DNA from: Candidatus Binatia bacterium
GTDB lineage: Bacteria; Desulfobacterota; Binatia; UBA9968; JAJDTQ01
Direction of reading: 5' to 3'
Length of the DNA stretch: 64,000 bases
Assembly: GCA_963666515.2 (NCBI GenBank)
Contig: OY762897.2
Span: 2,944,001 to 3,008,000, forward strand
Shown: positions 19,059-28,055 of the stretch, piece after piece
How positions within the stretch are numbered: position 1 is the stretch's first letter
Layout of the letters: each line of letters starts with the position of its first letter
Translations under genes and position numbers: made by a program
The notes under the pieces: model-generated
Databases searched by the model: none
What the model was told of the DNA's origin: nothing
Seen by the model: the letters and a program-made list of their open reading frames with translations, nothing else

Positions 19059-20449
19059 GGCCTCTGTTCCCGCAACGACTCAAGCAGCGTCTCCCCTACC
19101 TTGTAGACGTCCCCGGCCCCGAGGGTGAGGACCATGTCCCCGTCCGCAAGCCGCGGCAGCAGCCCGCCGGCCACGTCCTCCTTCGCGGCCACGAACTCCA
19201 CGTCCATGTGGCCCCGGCGCCGGATGGCGCGGTACAGCTCCTCGCCGCTGGTCCCCGGCACCGGGTCCTCCCCGGCGGCGTAGATGTCCGTGAGGATCAG
19301 CCGGTGGGCGCGGTCGAACGCGGAGACGAAGTCCTCGAAGAGGTCCTTCGTGCGGCTGTAACGGTGGGGCTGGAACACCACCGTCAGGGGCCGCCCCCAG
19401 CCCTCGGTGAGGGCCTGCAGCGTGGTCTCGATCTCCGTGGGATGGTGTCCGTAGTCGTCCATCACCAGGACCCCGGCAGCCTCTCCCTTGATCTCCGACC
19501 GGCGATGGATGCCGGCGAAGACCTCCAGGGCCGCGGCCGCGGCGGCGAAGTCGACGCCCAGCTCCGCGGCGACGGCAATGGCCGCCAGCGCGTTGGCGAC
19601 GCTGTGCCGTCCCGGCATGGGCAAGGTCACCTCTCCCAGCGCCCGGCGGTGGTGCAGGACCGAGAAGGTGGACTCCATCCGCCGGGTGCGGACGCCTTCG
19701 GCGCTGAAGTCCGCGTCCCCCGAAAGGCCGTAGGTGACCATCCGCTTCTTCACCCGGGGCAGCAGGCCGCGCACCGCCGGGTGGTCGAGGCAAAGCGCGG
19801 CGACCCCGTAGAAGGGCACCTTGTTGATGAACTCCAGGAACGCGTCCGCCAGTTCTTCGGTGCCGCCGTAGTACTCGATGTGCTCGCGGTCGATGTTGGT
19901 CACCACCGCCACCGCCGGCGACAGCAGCAGGAAGGTGCCGTCGCTCTCGTCGGCCTCGGCCACCAGGATGTCGCCCCGGCCCATCTGGGCGTTGCCGGCC
20001 AGGGAACGTACCCGCCCGCCGATGACCAGGGTCGGGTCCATCCCCGCCTCGGTGAGCACGTGGCCGATCATCGACGTGGTGGTGGTCTTCCCGTGGCTTC
20101 CCGCCACCGCGACGCCGTACTTCATGCGCATCAGCTCGGCGAGCATCTCGGCCCGCGGGATCACCGGAATCTGCCGCTCCTTCGCCGCGGTCACCTCCGG
20201 GTTGGAGAACTTCACCGCGGTGGAGATCACCACCACCGAGAGGGCCTCGGCCAGGTTCGCGGCGTCGTGGCCGATGTGGACCTCGGCGCCCAGCGAGCGC
20301 AGCCGCCGGGTGGCGTCGCTCTCCTGGAGGTCGGAGCCGCTGATTTCATAGCCCAGGTTCAACAACACCTCCGCGATACCGCTCATCCCGACGCCGCCGA
20401 TGCCGACGAAATGCACCCGGTGGCGTCTTTCGAAAGTCCCCGGACCCAT
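19055..20449 (-). CDS. murC: UDP-N-acetylmuramate-L-alanine ligase
   Basis: HFVGIGGVGMSG, GSHGKTTTT, EADESD, DDYGHHPTE, FQPHRYSR. Confidence 0.97.
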   Translation of the reverse strand: MGPGTFERRHRVHFVGIGGVGMSGIAEVLLNLGYEISGSDLQESDATRRLRSLGAEVHIGHDAANLAEALSVVVISTAVKFSNPEVTAAKERQIPVIPRAEMLAELMRMKYGVAVAGSHGKTTTTSMIGHVLTEAGMDPTLVIGGRVRSLAGNAQMGRGDILVAEADESDGTFLLLSPAVAVVTNIDREHIEYYGGTEELADAFLEFINKVPFYGVAALCLDHPAVRGLLPRVKKRMVTYGLSGDADFSAEGVRTRRMESTFSVLHHRRALGEVTLPMPGRHSVANALAAIAVAAELGVDFAAAAAALEVFAGIHRRSEIKGEAAGVLVMDDYGHHPTEIETTLQALTEGWGRPLTVVFQPHRYSRTKDLFEDFVSAFDRAHRLILTDIYAAGEDPVPGTSGEELYRAIRRRGHMDVEFVAAKEDVAGGLLPRLADGDMVLTLGAGDVYKVGETLLESLREQRP

Positions 20450-21522
20450 CACGACCACCCGGGGACGAAGGCATGGCACTCGTCGACGATCCGTTCGGCC
20501 GCGTCCCCCCGGCCGAGGGCCGCCGCGGCCCGGCCCATGGCGGCTCGCCGCGCCGGGTCGGCGTGGAGCGCGCGGATGGCGCCGGCCAGGCCCGCGGGGG
20601 TCAGCTCCCGCTCCACGATCACTTCCGCGGCGCCGGCTTCCCCGACAGCCAGCGCGTTGAGCCGTTGATGGTCGTGGGCCGCGTAGGGGTACGGGATCAG
20701 CACCGAGGGCTTGCCGAAGACCGCAAGCTCGGACAGGGTCGAGGCGCCGGCGCGGCAGATCACCAGGTCGGCCGCGGCATACGCGACGTCCATCCGGTCG
20801 ATGAACGGCAGCACCTCGGCGCCGCACGGCAGCGACTCGTAGCCCTTTCTCACCAGGTCCTCGTCCGCGCGTCCGGTCTGGTGCGTGACCCGGAACCGGG
20901 CCGCGGCCTCGCCCAGGTGCGCCAACGCGCCCAGCACCGCCTCGTTGATCCGGTGGGCGCCGGCGCTGCCGCCGAAGACGAGCAGGTGGAACCCTTCCTC
21001 CCGCTCCACCTCGGGGAGCTTGCGCCAGCGGACCGGCGTGCCCGTCAGCACCACCTTGGCGCCGGGAAAATATTCGACGCTCTCGCGAAAGCTCGTGAAG
21101 ATCCGGTCCACCAGCCGCCCCAGGATGCGGTTGGTGAGTCCCGGGCGCAAGTTCTGCTCCAGGATGGCGCAGCGGATGCGCCGCGACACCCCGGCCAGCA
21201 AGAGCGGCCCCGAGGCGTAGCCGCCGAGCCCGATGATGCACTGGGGGTCGAACCGGCGGATGATCGCGCGCGAGCGCCACAGGCTCAGGGGTATTCCGTA
21301 GAAGCCCTCCAGCAACCCCTTGAGGCCGCGTCCCTTGAGGCCGCGGATCGGCAGCAGCTCCAGGGGGAACTCCGTCTCCGGGATGACCCGGCTCTCGATG
21401 CCCCAGCGGCTGCCCACGAAGAGGATGCGGGCGTCTTCGTTGCGCCGGCGGAATTCCCGCGCCACGGCGAGGCCGGGGAAGAGGTGTCCGCCGGTGCCGC
21501 CGCCGGCCACGATCAGTCGCAT
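20449..21522 (-). CDS. murG: Lipid II GlcNAc transferase
   Basis: GGGTGGHLFPG, GGYAS, GGSAGA, RAGASTLSEL, HQRLNA. Confidence 0.97.
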   Translation of the reverse strand: MRLIVAGGGTGGHLFPGLAVAREFRRRNEDARILFVGSRWGIESRVIPETEFPLELLPIRGLKGRGLKGLLEGFYGIPLSLWRSRAIIRRFDPQCIIGLGGYASGPLLLAGVSRRIRCAILEQNLRPGLTNRILGRLVDRIFTSFRESVEYFPGAKVVLTGTPVRWRKLPEVEREEGFHLLVFGGSAGAHRINEAVLGALAHLGEAAARFRVTHQTGRADEDLVRKGYESLPCGAEVLPFIDRMDVAYAAADLVICRAGASTLSELAVFGKPSVLIPYPYAAHDHQRLNALAVGEAGAAEVIVERELTPAGLAGAIRALHADPARRAAMGRAAAALGRGDAAERIVDECHAFVPGWS

Positions 21523-22619
21523 GGCTCCGCCCTCCGCCGGGAGACGCCGAGGAGCATCCCCGCGACCGTCAGGTGGACCACCAGGGCCGAGCCGCCGTAG
21601 CTCACGAACGGCAGCACCAGCCCCTTGGTGGGCACCAGGCCCATGACCACGCTCATGTGGACCAGCGCCTGGAGTCCCAGGAGGAGGGTGAGGCCGAACA
21701 CCATCAACCGGGTGAAAAGGTCCTCCCTTTCCAGGGCCAGCCGCATGCCGCGGAACAGCAGCACGCCGAAGAGTCCCACCACCAGCAGCGCGCCCCACAG
21801 GCCCAACTCCTCGCCGATGACCGAGTAGATGAAGTCCGTGTGCGCTTCGGGCAGGTACAGGAGCTTCTGCCGGCTCTGTCCCAGCCCCCGGCCCCACAAC
21901 TGGCCGGAGCCGAAGGCGATGTAGGACTGGATGATCTGGAAACCGCTGTTCGCGGAGTCGCTCCAGGGGTCCATGAAGGCCAACAGCCGCTTCACCCGGT
22001 AGTCCGCGGACATGACCAGGAAGGCGGCGGCCGGAAGCGCCGCCGCGGCCACCCCGGCCAGGTGTTTCACCCGCCCGCCGGCCACGAACAGCATGGCCAT
22101 GGCGACGACGGCCAGGATGAACGCCGAGCCGAAATCGGGCTCGGCCATCAGGAGGCCCACGAACACGCCGGTCACCAGCAACGGGGGCAGAACGCCGGAC
22201 AGGAACCCGTCCAACCGGTCGGTCCTCCTGGAGAGGGCCCAGGCCAGGTACAGCACGAAGCCCACCTTGGCCGGCTCCGAAGGCTGGAACACGAACGGAG
22301 GCACGCCCAGCCAGCGCTGGGCGCCGCCGCGGACCACGCCGACCTCCGGGACCAGCACCAGCACCAGGGCGGCAAGGGCGAGGACGAGCGACGGGAGCGC
22401 CAGGCGGCGCCAGATCGACGGCGGCAGCAGCAGGGCAAGGTAGAGGCCCAGCAGGCCGAGGCCGGCCGCCGCCAACTGCTTGCGGAATAGATAGGTGCCG
22501 TCGCCGAAACGCTCGTGGGAAAAGAGGTAGCTGGTGTTCAGCACCATGGTGACACCGATGGCGAGCAGCGCCATCAGGCTCACGAGCATCCAGCGGTCCA
22601 CGTTGCGAATCGCGCTCAT
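21513..22619 (-). CDS. ftsW: Peptidoglycan glycosyltransferase FtsW
   Basis: Multi-TM; GAQRWL, FQPSEPAK, EPDFGS, LPEAHTDF, PFVSYGGS. Confidence 0.97.
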   Translation of the reverse strand: MSAIRNVDRWMLVSLMALLAIGVTMVLNTSYLFSHERFGDGTYLFRKQLAAAGLGLLGLYLALLLPPSIWRRLALPSLVLALAALVLVLVPEVGVVRGGAQRWLGVPPFVFQPSEPAKVGFVLYLAWALSRRTDRLDGFLSGVLPPLLVTGVFVGLLMAEPDFGSAFILAVVAMAMLFVAGGRVKHLAGVAAAALPAAAFLVMSADYRVKRLLAFMDPWSDSANSGFQIIQSYIAFGSGQLWGRGLGQSRQKLLYLPEAHTDFIYSVIGEELGLWGALLVVGLFGVLLFRGMRLALEREDLFTRLMVFGLTLLLGLQALVHMSVVMGLVPTKGLVLPFVSYGGSALVVHLTVAGMLLGVSRRRAEPCD

Positions 22620-23950
22620 AGCGCCTGCACCATCTCCTTGAACGCTCGGCCGCGCTCGGCGTAGTTCTCGAACATGTCGAAGCTCGAGCACGCCGGCGAC
22701 AGCAGCACCACGTCTCCGGCGCGCGCGGCGGCCCGCGCCTCCTCCACCGCTTCCCGGAGGTCCTTCACCACCGAGGTGTCGGTCAAGGTTCCCAGGGCCT
22801 TCTTCATGAGGCCGGCGGCCTCGCCCAACAGGATCAACTTCCGCACCCGCTCCCGCACCAGCGGTTCCAGGTCCCGGTAGCTGCCGCCCTTGTGGACTCC
22901 GCCGGCGATCAGCACGATGGGATCGTCGAAGCTGGCCAGCGACTTTCGGACGGCGCCGACGTTGGTGCCCTTGGAGTCGTTGAAGTAGCGCGTGCCGCCG
23001 ACCTCCCGCACGAACTCCAGCCGGTGCTCGATGCCGGGGAACCGCTTGGCGGCCGTCCGGACGTGGCCTGCCTCGACGCCCACGGCCTTGGCCGCGCACA
23101 CCGCGGCCATGACGTTCTCGACGTTGTGGACCCCGCGCAGCCTGACGTCCCGCAACGGGAACCGATCTTCGGCCCCGCCGCCGCGCCAGACGACGGCGTC
23201 GTCCGTGGCGAAAGCCCCTTCCTCCACCTCCGACCAGCCGAAGGAGACCACCCGGGCGGCCAGCTCGTGGCGCAATTCCCACACCCAGGGGTCGTCCCGG
23301 TTCAGCACGGCGACGTCGCCGGGATGCTGGGCGGCGAAGATCCGGGCCTTGGCCGCGCCGTAGCTCGACAGGCCGTCGTAGCGGTCGAGGTGGTCCTCGC
23401 TGAGGTTCAGGAACAGCGCCACCCGCGGCCGGAAATCCCGCACCCATTCGAGCTGGAAGCTGCTCACCTCCACCACCCCCCAGTCCCAGTCGCCTCCGGC
23501 GTACTCGATGAGCGGGCTGCCGATGTTGCCGCCCGCGAACACTCGCAGGCCCGCCGCCTCGATCATCGCCGCCGCCAGCCGGGTGGTGGTGGTCTTCCCG
23601 TTGGTGCCGGTCACGGCCACCATGGGCGTGGCGCTGAAACGGACGGCCAGCTCGATCTCGCTCAGCACCTCGATGCCCCGGCCGGCGGCTTCCACCAGCA
23701 GCGTGTTGTCCTGCGGCACTCCCGGGCTGGGGACCACCGCGTCCACGCCGTCGAGCCAAGCCGTCTCCTCCGGCCCGAAATGGCAGATGGCGGACAACCG
23801 CGACAGCTCCGCGCTGGCCTGCCGCATCTGGTCTTCACCGCGGGCGTCAACGCCTATCACGCGCGCGCCGCGGCCGGTCAGAAACCGCGCCACCGCCAGT
23901 CCGGTGCGGGCAAGACCCAACACCAGTATCTTTCTGCCTTCGAGTTCCAT
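22616..23950 (-). CDS. murD: UDP-MurNAc-L-Ala-D-Glu ligase
   Basis: VTGTNGKTTT, EVSSFQLE, DHLDRY, NDSKGTN, LLSPACSSFD. Confidence 0.97.
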   Translation of the reverse strand: MELEGRKILVLGLARTGLAVARFLTGRGARVIGVDARGEDQMRQASAELSRLSAICHFGPEETAWLDGVDAVVPSPGVPQDNTLLVEAAGRGIEVLSEIELAVRFSATPMVAVTGTNGKTTTTRLAAAMIEAAGLRVFAGGNIGSPLIEYAGGDWDWGVVEVSSFQLEWVRDFRPRVALFLNLSEDHLDRYDGLSSYGAAKARIFAAQHPGDVAVLNRDDPWVWELRHELAARVVSFGWSEVEEGAFATDDAVVWRGGGAEDRFPLRDVRLRGVHNVENVMAAVCAAKAVGVEAGHVRTAAKRFPGIEHRLEFVREVGGTRYFNDSKGTNVGAVRKSLASFDDPIVLIAGGVHKGGSYRDLEPLVRERVRKLILLGEAAGLMKKALGTLTDTSVVKDLREAVEEARAAARAGDVVLLSPACSSFDMFENYAERGRAFKEMVQAL

Positions 23951-24024
23951 CACGGGTTCCCCACCCGTTTCAGGCTCCGTGTTGCGCGCCTCCGCCGTTG
24001 CCGTCGACCTCACTCCAGGACCCT

Positions 24025-25101
24025 TCAGCGCAGCTTCAACGTGCTCAGCGCGACCAGCGCGCAGATGATCGACACGATCCAGAACCGCACGATGATCTGC
24101 GGCTCCGGCCAACCCTTCAACTCGTAGTGATGGTGTATGGGCGCCATGCGGAAGACCCGTTTGCCGCGCAGCCTGAAGGAGGCCACCTGGACGATCACCG
24201 ACACGGCCTCCACCACGAAGACGCCGCCCACCACCACCAGCAGGATCTCGTTCTTGCTGATGACCGCGACGATCCCGAGCGCGGCTCCCAGCCCCAGGCT
24301 TCCGACGTCGCCCATGAAGATCTGCGCGGGATAGGTGTTGAACCAGAGGAAGCCCAGGCCCGCGGCCACCACCGCGGCGCAGAACACCGACAGCTCGCCC
24401 ACCCGGGACACGTAGGGGATCTGGAGGTACTCGGCGAACTTCACGTGGCCCGCCAGATACACGATCAGGGCGTAGGCGCCCGCCGCGGTCATCACCGGCC
24501 CGATGGCCAGCCCGTCCAGCCCGTCGGTCAGGTTCACGGCATTGGAAGCCCCCACCACCACCACCACCGCGAACGGGATGTACCAGAACCCGAAGTCCGG
24601 CTGCACGTTCTTGAGAAAGGGCACCGCGACCGTGCTGCTGAAATCGGACTGCATGAGCAGCACCACGGCCGCGGCCGCGGCCACCGCCATCTGCGGGACG
24701 AGCTTGCTCCACATGCCCAGCCCGCGGCTGCTCTTGCTGCGGACCTTGATGCAGTCGTCGATGAAGCCGATGCCGGCGAAGGCCACCGTCACGGCCAGGG
24801 CTACCAGCACGTACACGTTGGTGATGTCGCTCACCAGCACCGTGGACAGCGCCAGGGAAAGCACGATCAGGGTCCCGCCCATGGTGGGGGTGCCGGCCTT
24901 GCCGGCGTGGTGGGCCGGGCCGTCGTCCCGGATCGGCTGTCCGATCTGCCACTGCTTGAGCGAGCGGATCAGGTAGGGGCCGATGACGAACGAGAGCAGC
25001 AGGGTCACGAGCGCGGCCAGGGCCGCCCGGAACGTGATGTAACGGAACACGTTGAAGACCGGGAAGGTCGAGTGCAGCGGGAACAGCAGCAGGTACAGCA
25101 C
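24025..25101 (-). CDS. mraY: Phospho-MurNAc-pentapeptide transferase
   Basis: KAGTPTMGG, NAVNLTDGLDGL, FMGDVGSL, MAPIHHHYE. Confidence 0.98.
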   Translation of the reverse strand: MLYLLLFPLHSTFPVFNVFRYITFRAALAALVTLLLSFVIGPYLIRSLKQWQIGQPIRDDGPAHHAGKAGTPTMGGTLIVLSLALSTVLVSDITNVYVLVALAVTVAFAGIGFIDDCIKVRSKSSRGLGMWSKLVPQMAVAAAAAVVLLMQSDFSSTVAVPFLKNVQPDFGFWYIPFAVVVVVGASNAVNLTDGLDGLAIGPVMTAAGAYALIVYLAGHVKFAEYLQIPYVSRVGELSVFCAAVVAAGLGFLWFNTYPAQIFMGDVGSLGLGAALGIVAVISKNEILLVVVGGVFVVEAVSVIVQVASFRLRGKRVFRMAPIHHHYELKGWPEPQIIVRFWIVSIICALVALSTLKLR

Positions 25102-25105
25102 GACG

Positions 25106-26503
25106 CTACGCTCCTTCGTCCTTCATCGCAGCGATCACCTTCTCCATGGCCGCGCCCCGGGAACCCTTGACCAGCAGCCAGTCGCCCTTGCGGACCTCCG
25201 CCCGCAACGCCGACCCCAGCTTCCGGTGGCTCCGGGCCACCCGGACGGCGGCCGGGTCCATGCCGGACCCGACCGCTCCCTGCAGGGTGTCGCGGGCGAA
25301 GCGCCCCAGGAGGTAGAGGGCGTCCAGCCCGCAACCGGCCGCAACCGCCCCGATCTCACGGTGGCACGCGGCCTCGTCCGTTCCCATCTCCCGCATCTCA
25401 CCCAGCACGGCGATCCTCCGCCCCCGTCCGGGAATCGTTTTCAGCGTTGCCAGCGCCGCCTCCATGGAGGCGGGATTGGCGTTGTAGGCGTCGTTGATGA
25501 TGCCGATGCCGGCCCAGCGCTCCACCTGCATGCGCATGGGCGCCGGCCGCACCGCTTCGAGGCCCTGCCGGATGGCCGCCACGTCGGCCCCGAAGGCATG
25601 GGCCATGGCCGCGGCTCCCACCGCGTTCCGCACGTTGTGCATGCCGCACAGGCGCAGCCGCACCGGCTCCCGGCGGCGCCCCACCCGCAGGTTGAACCGC
25701 AGCCGTCCGCCGGCCAGCATCTGCGGGTCCTCGCCGCGGACGAAGCCGCCGGCGCCGTAGGTCACCACCCGGCCCTCGAAGCTCCTGCTCTGGCGCACCA
25801 CCCGGCTGTCGTCCAGGTTCACCACCGCGGTTCCCTGCCGGTTCAACCCCCGGAAGATCGCCCCTTTCTCGCGCGCGACGCCCGCCACCGTCCCCAGCCC
25901 CGCAAGATGGGCCGGCGCCACCGACGTGATGAGGGCCACGTCCGGGTCGGCGATGGCCGTGAGCCGCCGGATCTCTCCCGGCCGGTTGGTGCCCAACTCC
26001 ACCACGGCCGCCCTTTCGTTCCCCCGCAGACGCAGCAGCGTCAGCGGCAGTCCCACCAGGTTGTTGTAGTTGCCCTCGGTCTTGAGCACCTTGCCGCGCA
26101 ACGGACGGTCCTCCATGCGAGCGCGCTGCAGGATGGAGAAGACCATTTCCTTGGTCGTGGTCTTCCCGTTGGAGCCGGTGATGGCCAGCACCCGGGGCGC
26201 CAGCTTTTGCCGGCGGAAACGGGCGATGTCGCCCAGCGCCCGCAGCGTGTCGCGCACGCGAATGACCGACGCCCCTTTCGACCCCCGCGCGTCCCGCTCC
26301 ACCACCACGCACGCGCCGCCCCGGCGCACGGCTTCGGACACGAACGCGTGGCCGTCCCGCGATTCTCCGCGAAGCGCCACGAATACTCCGTCCTGCTCCA
26401 CCCGCCGCGAATCCGTGCTGACGCCCCCGAGCGCCGTCACGGCGCCGCGCCGGACGATGGTCCCATGGGCGGCCCGCGCCAGCTCTTCAAGGGTCCACTC
26501 CAT
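25106..26503 (-). CDS. murF: UDP-MurNAc-tripeptide-D-Ala-D-Ala ligase
   Basis: ITGSNGKTTTKE, GNYNNLVGLP, NDAYNANPASM, LVKGSRG. Confidence 0.97.
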   Translation of the reverse strand: MEWTLEELARAAHGTIVRRGAVTALGGVSTDSRRVEQDGVFVALRGESRDGHAFVSEAVRRGGACVVVERDARGSKGASVIRVRDTLRALGDIARFRRQKLAPRVLAITGSNGKTTTKEMVFSILQRARMEDRPLRGKVLKTEGNYNNLVGLPLTLLRLRGNERAAVVELGTNRPGEIRRLTAIADPDVALITSVAPAHLAGLGTVAGVAREKGAIFRGLNRQGTAVVNLDDSRVVRQSRSFEGRVVTYGAGGFVRGEDPQMLAGGRLRFNLRVGRRREPVRLRLCGMHNVRNAVGAAAMAHAFGADVAAIRQGLEAVRPAPMRMQVERWAGIGIINDAYNANPASMEAALATLKTIPGRGRRIAVLGEMREMGTDEAACHREIGAVAAGCGLDALYLLGRFARDTLQGAVGSGMDPAAVRVARSHRKLGSALRAEVRKGDWLLVKGSRGAAMEKVIAAMKDEGA

Positions 26504-26528
26504 GGCCTCTTCACACCGCGATCCCGCG

Positions 26529-28055
26529 TCAACCGCCCAGGCCGGCGACCTCTTCCCGCAGCACCTGCCGGTCGTCGAAATGGAGCCGCCGGTCTCCCTG
26601 GATCTGGTAGTCCTCGTGCCCCTTGCCGGCCACCAGCACCACGTCCCCCGGCGCCGCCAGCGAGACGCCCAGGCGGATGGCGGAACGCCGGTCGGGCTCG
26701 ATCCAGTATCCGGCCTGGCCGGCGGCGTCTCCCTCCCGAAGCTGCCTCATGCCGCAGCCGCGGACGCCTTCTTCGATGTCGCGAATGATGGCCAGCGGCT
26801 CCTCGCCGCGCGGGTTGTCGGACGTGAGCACCACGCAGTCGCTGTCCGAGGCGGCGATCTCGCCCATGACCGGACGTTTCCCCGCGTCCCGGTCGCCGCC
26901 GCAGCCGAACACCGTGATCAGCCTCGCGCCGGTCAACGCCCGCAGCGCCCGGATGACCTTGGCCAGGGCATCCGGCGTATGGGCGTAGTCCACCACCAAG
27001 GTGATCCCCAGGCCGTTGGGCACCGGCTCGAGCCGTCCCGGCACGCGTTCCAGCCGGGCGAGCCCCGCGGCGATGGCGCCCGGATCGACCCCCAGTGCCC
27101 ACGCGGCTCCCGCGGCCGCCAGGATGTTCTCGAGGTTCGGCTCGCCCATGAGCGGCGACTCGAACTCGATGCGCCGGGGCCCGCACGCAAGGGTCCCGCT
27201 CAATCCCGCGAGCCCGCCCTCCCAGCGCACGGGGTGGATGTCCCACCGCGGCGAGCGGCCGTAGGTGAGGGTCGCCACTCCGGCCTCTCCGGCCAGACGG
27301 ACCAGGTCGAGGCCGCGCGGGTCATCGGCGTTGATGACCGCGAACGGTCTTTCCTTGGCGCCGGCGGGCAGGCAATCGGTGAACAGCCTCGCCTTGCTGG
27401 CAAAGTACGACTCCATGTCGCGGTGATAGTCCAGGTGGTCCCGGGACAGGTTGGTGAATACCGCGCCGTCGAAGTCGAGCCCGTCCGCCCGGTGCAGGTC
27501 CAGCGCGTGGGAGGAGACCTCCATGGCGACGAACCTCACGCCCGCGGCCGCCATGTCGGACAGAAGCTCCTCGACGTCGATGGACTCGGGGGTGGTGAGC
27601 GGCGACGGCCGCTGCCACCGGCCGTAACGCTGGCTGATGGTGCCGATGACCCCGCACGGGTCGCCGGCCGCGGAGAAGATGGCGTCGAGCAGGTACGTGA
27701 CCGTGGTCTTGCCGTTGGTGCCGGTCACCCCCACCAGCACCAGCGCGCGGCTCGGATGCCCGAAGAACGCCGCGGCCGCGTGGGCCACCGCCCGCCGCGT
27801 GTTCGACACCCGCACGCAGGCGGCTTCCGGCGGCGCCGCAACCGGTCTTTCCACCACCACCGCGGCCGCCCCCCGCTCCACGGCATCGTCGACGTAGTCA
27901 TGGCCGTCCGCGAGCTGTCCCGCGAGCGCGAAGAAGGCGTAGCCGTCCCGGACCTTCCGGGAGTCGCAGGCGAGACCCTGGACGGGGCGGTCCAGGAACC
28001 CCCTTCCGTCGCGGATGTCCCGCGTGTGCAACAACTCCCGGAGCAGCATCGGCAT
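26529..28055 (-). CDS. murE: UDP-MurNAc-dipeptide-meso-DAP ligase
   Basis: GVTGTNGKTT, MEVSSH, DHLDYH, VDYAHTPD, DNPR (DAP specificity), GKGHEDYQ. Confidence 0.97.
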   Translation of the reverse strand: MPMLLRELLHTRDIRDGRGFLDRPVQGLACDSRKVRDGYAFFALAGQLADGHDYVDDAVERGAAAVVVERPVAAPPEAACVRVSNTRRAVAHAAAAFFGHPSRALVLVGVTGTNGKTTVTYLLDAIFSAAGDPCGVIGTISQRYGRWQRPSPLTTPESIDVEELLSDMAAAGVRFVAMEVSSHALDLHRADGLDFDGAVFTNLSRDHLDYHRDMESYFASKARLFTDCLPAGAKERPFAVINADDPRGLDLVRLAGEAGVATLTYGRSPRWDIHPVRWEGGLAGLSGTLACGPRRIEFESPLMGEPNLENILAAAGAAWALGVDPGAIAAGLARLERVPGRLEPVPNGLGITLVVDYAHTPDALAKVIRALRALTGARLITVFGCGGDRDAGKRPVMGEIAASDSDCVVLTSDNPRGEEPLAIIRDIEEGVRGCGMRQLREGDAAGQAGYWIEPDRRSAIRLGVSLAAPGDVVLVAGKGHEDYQIQGDRRLHFDDRQVLREEVAGLGG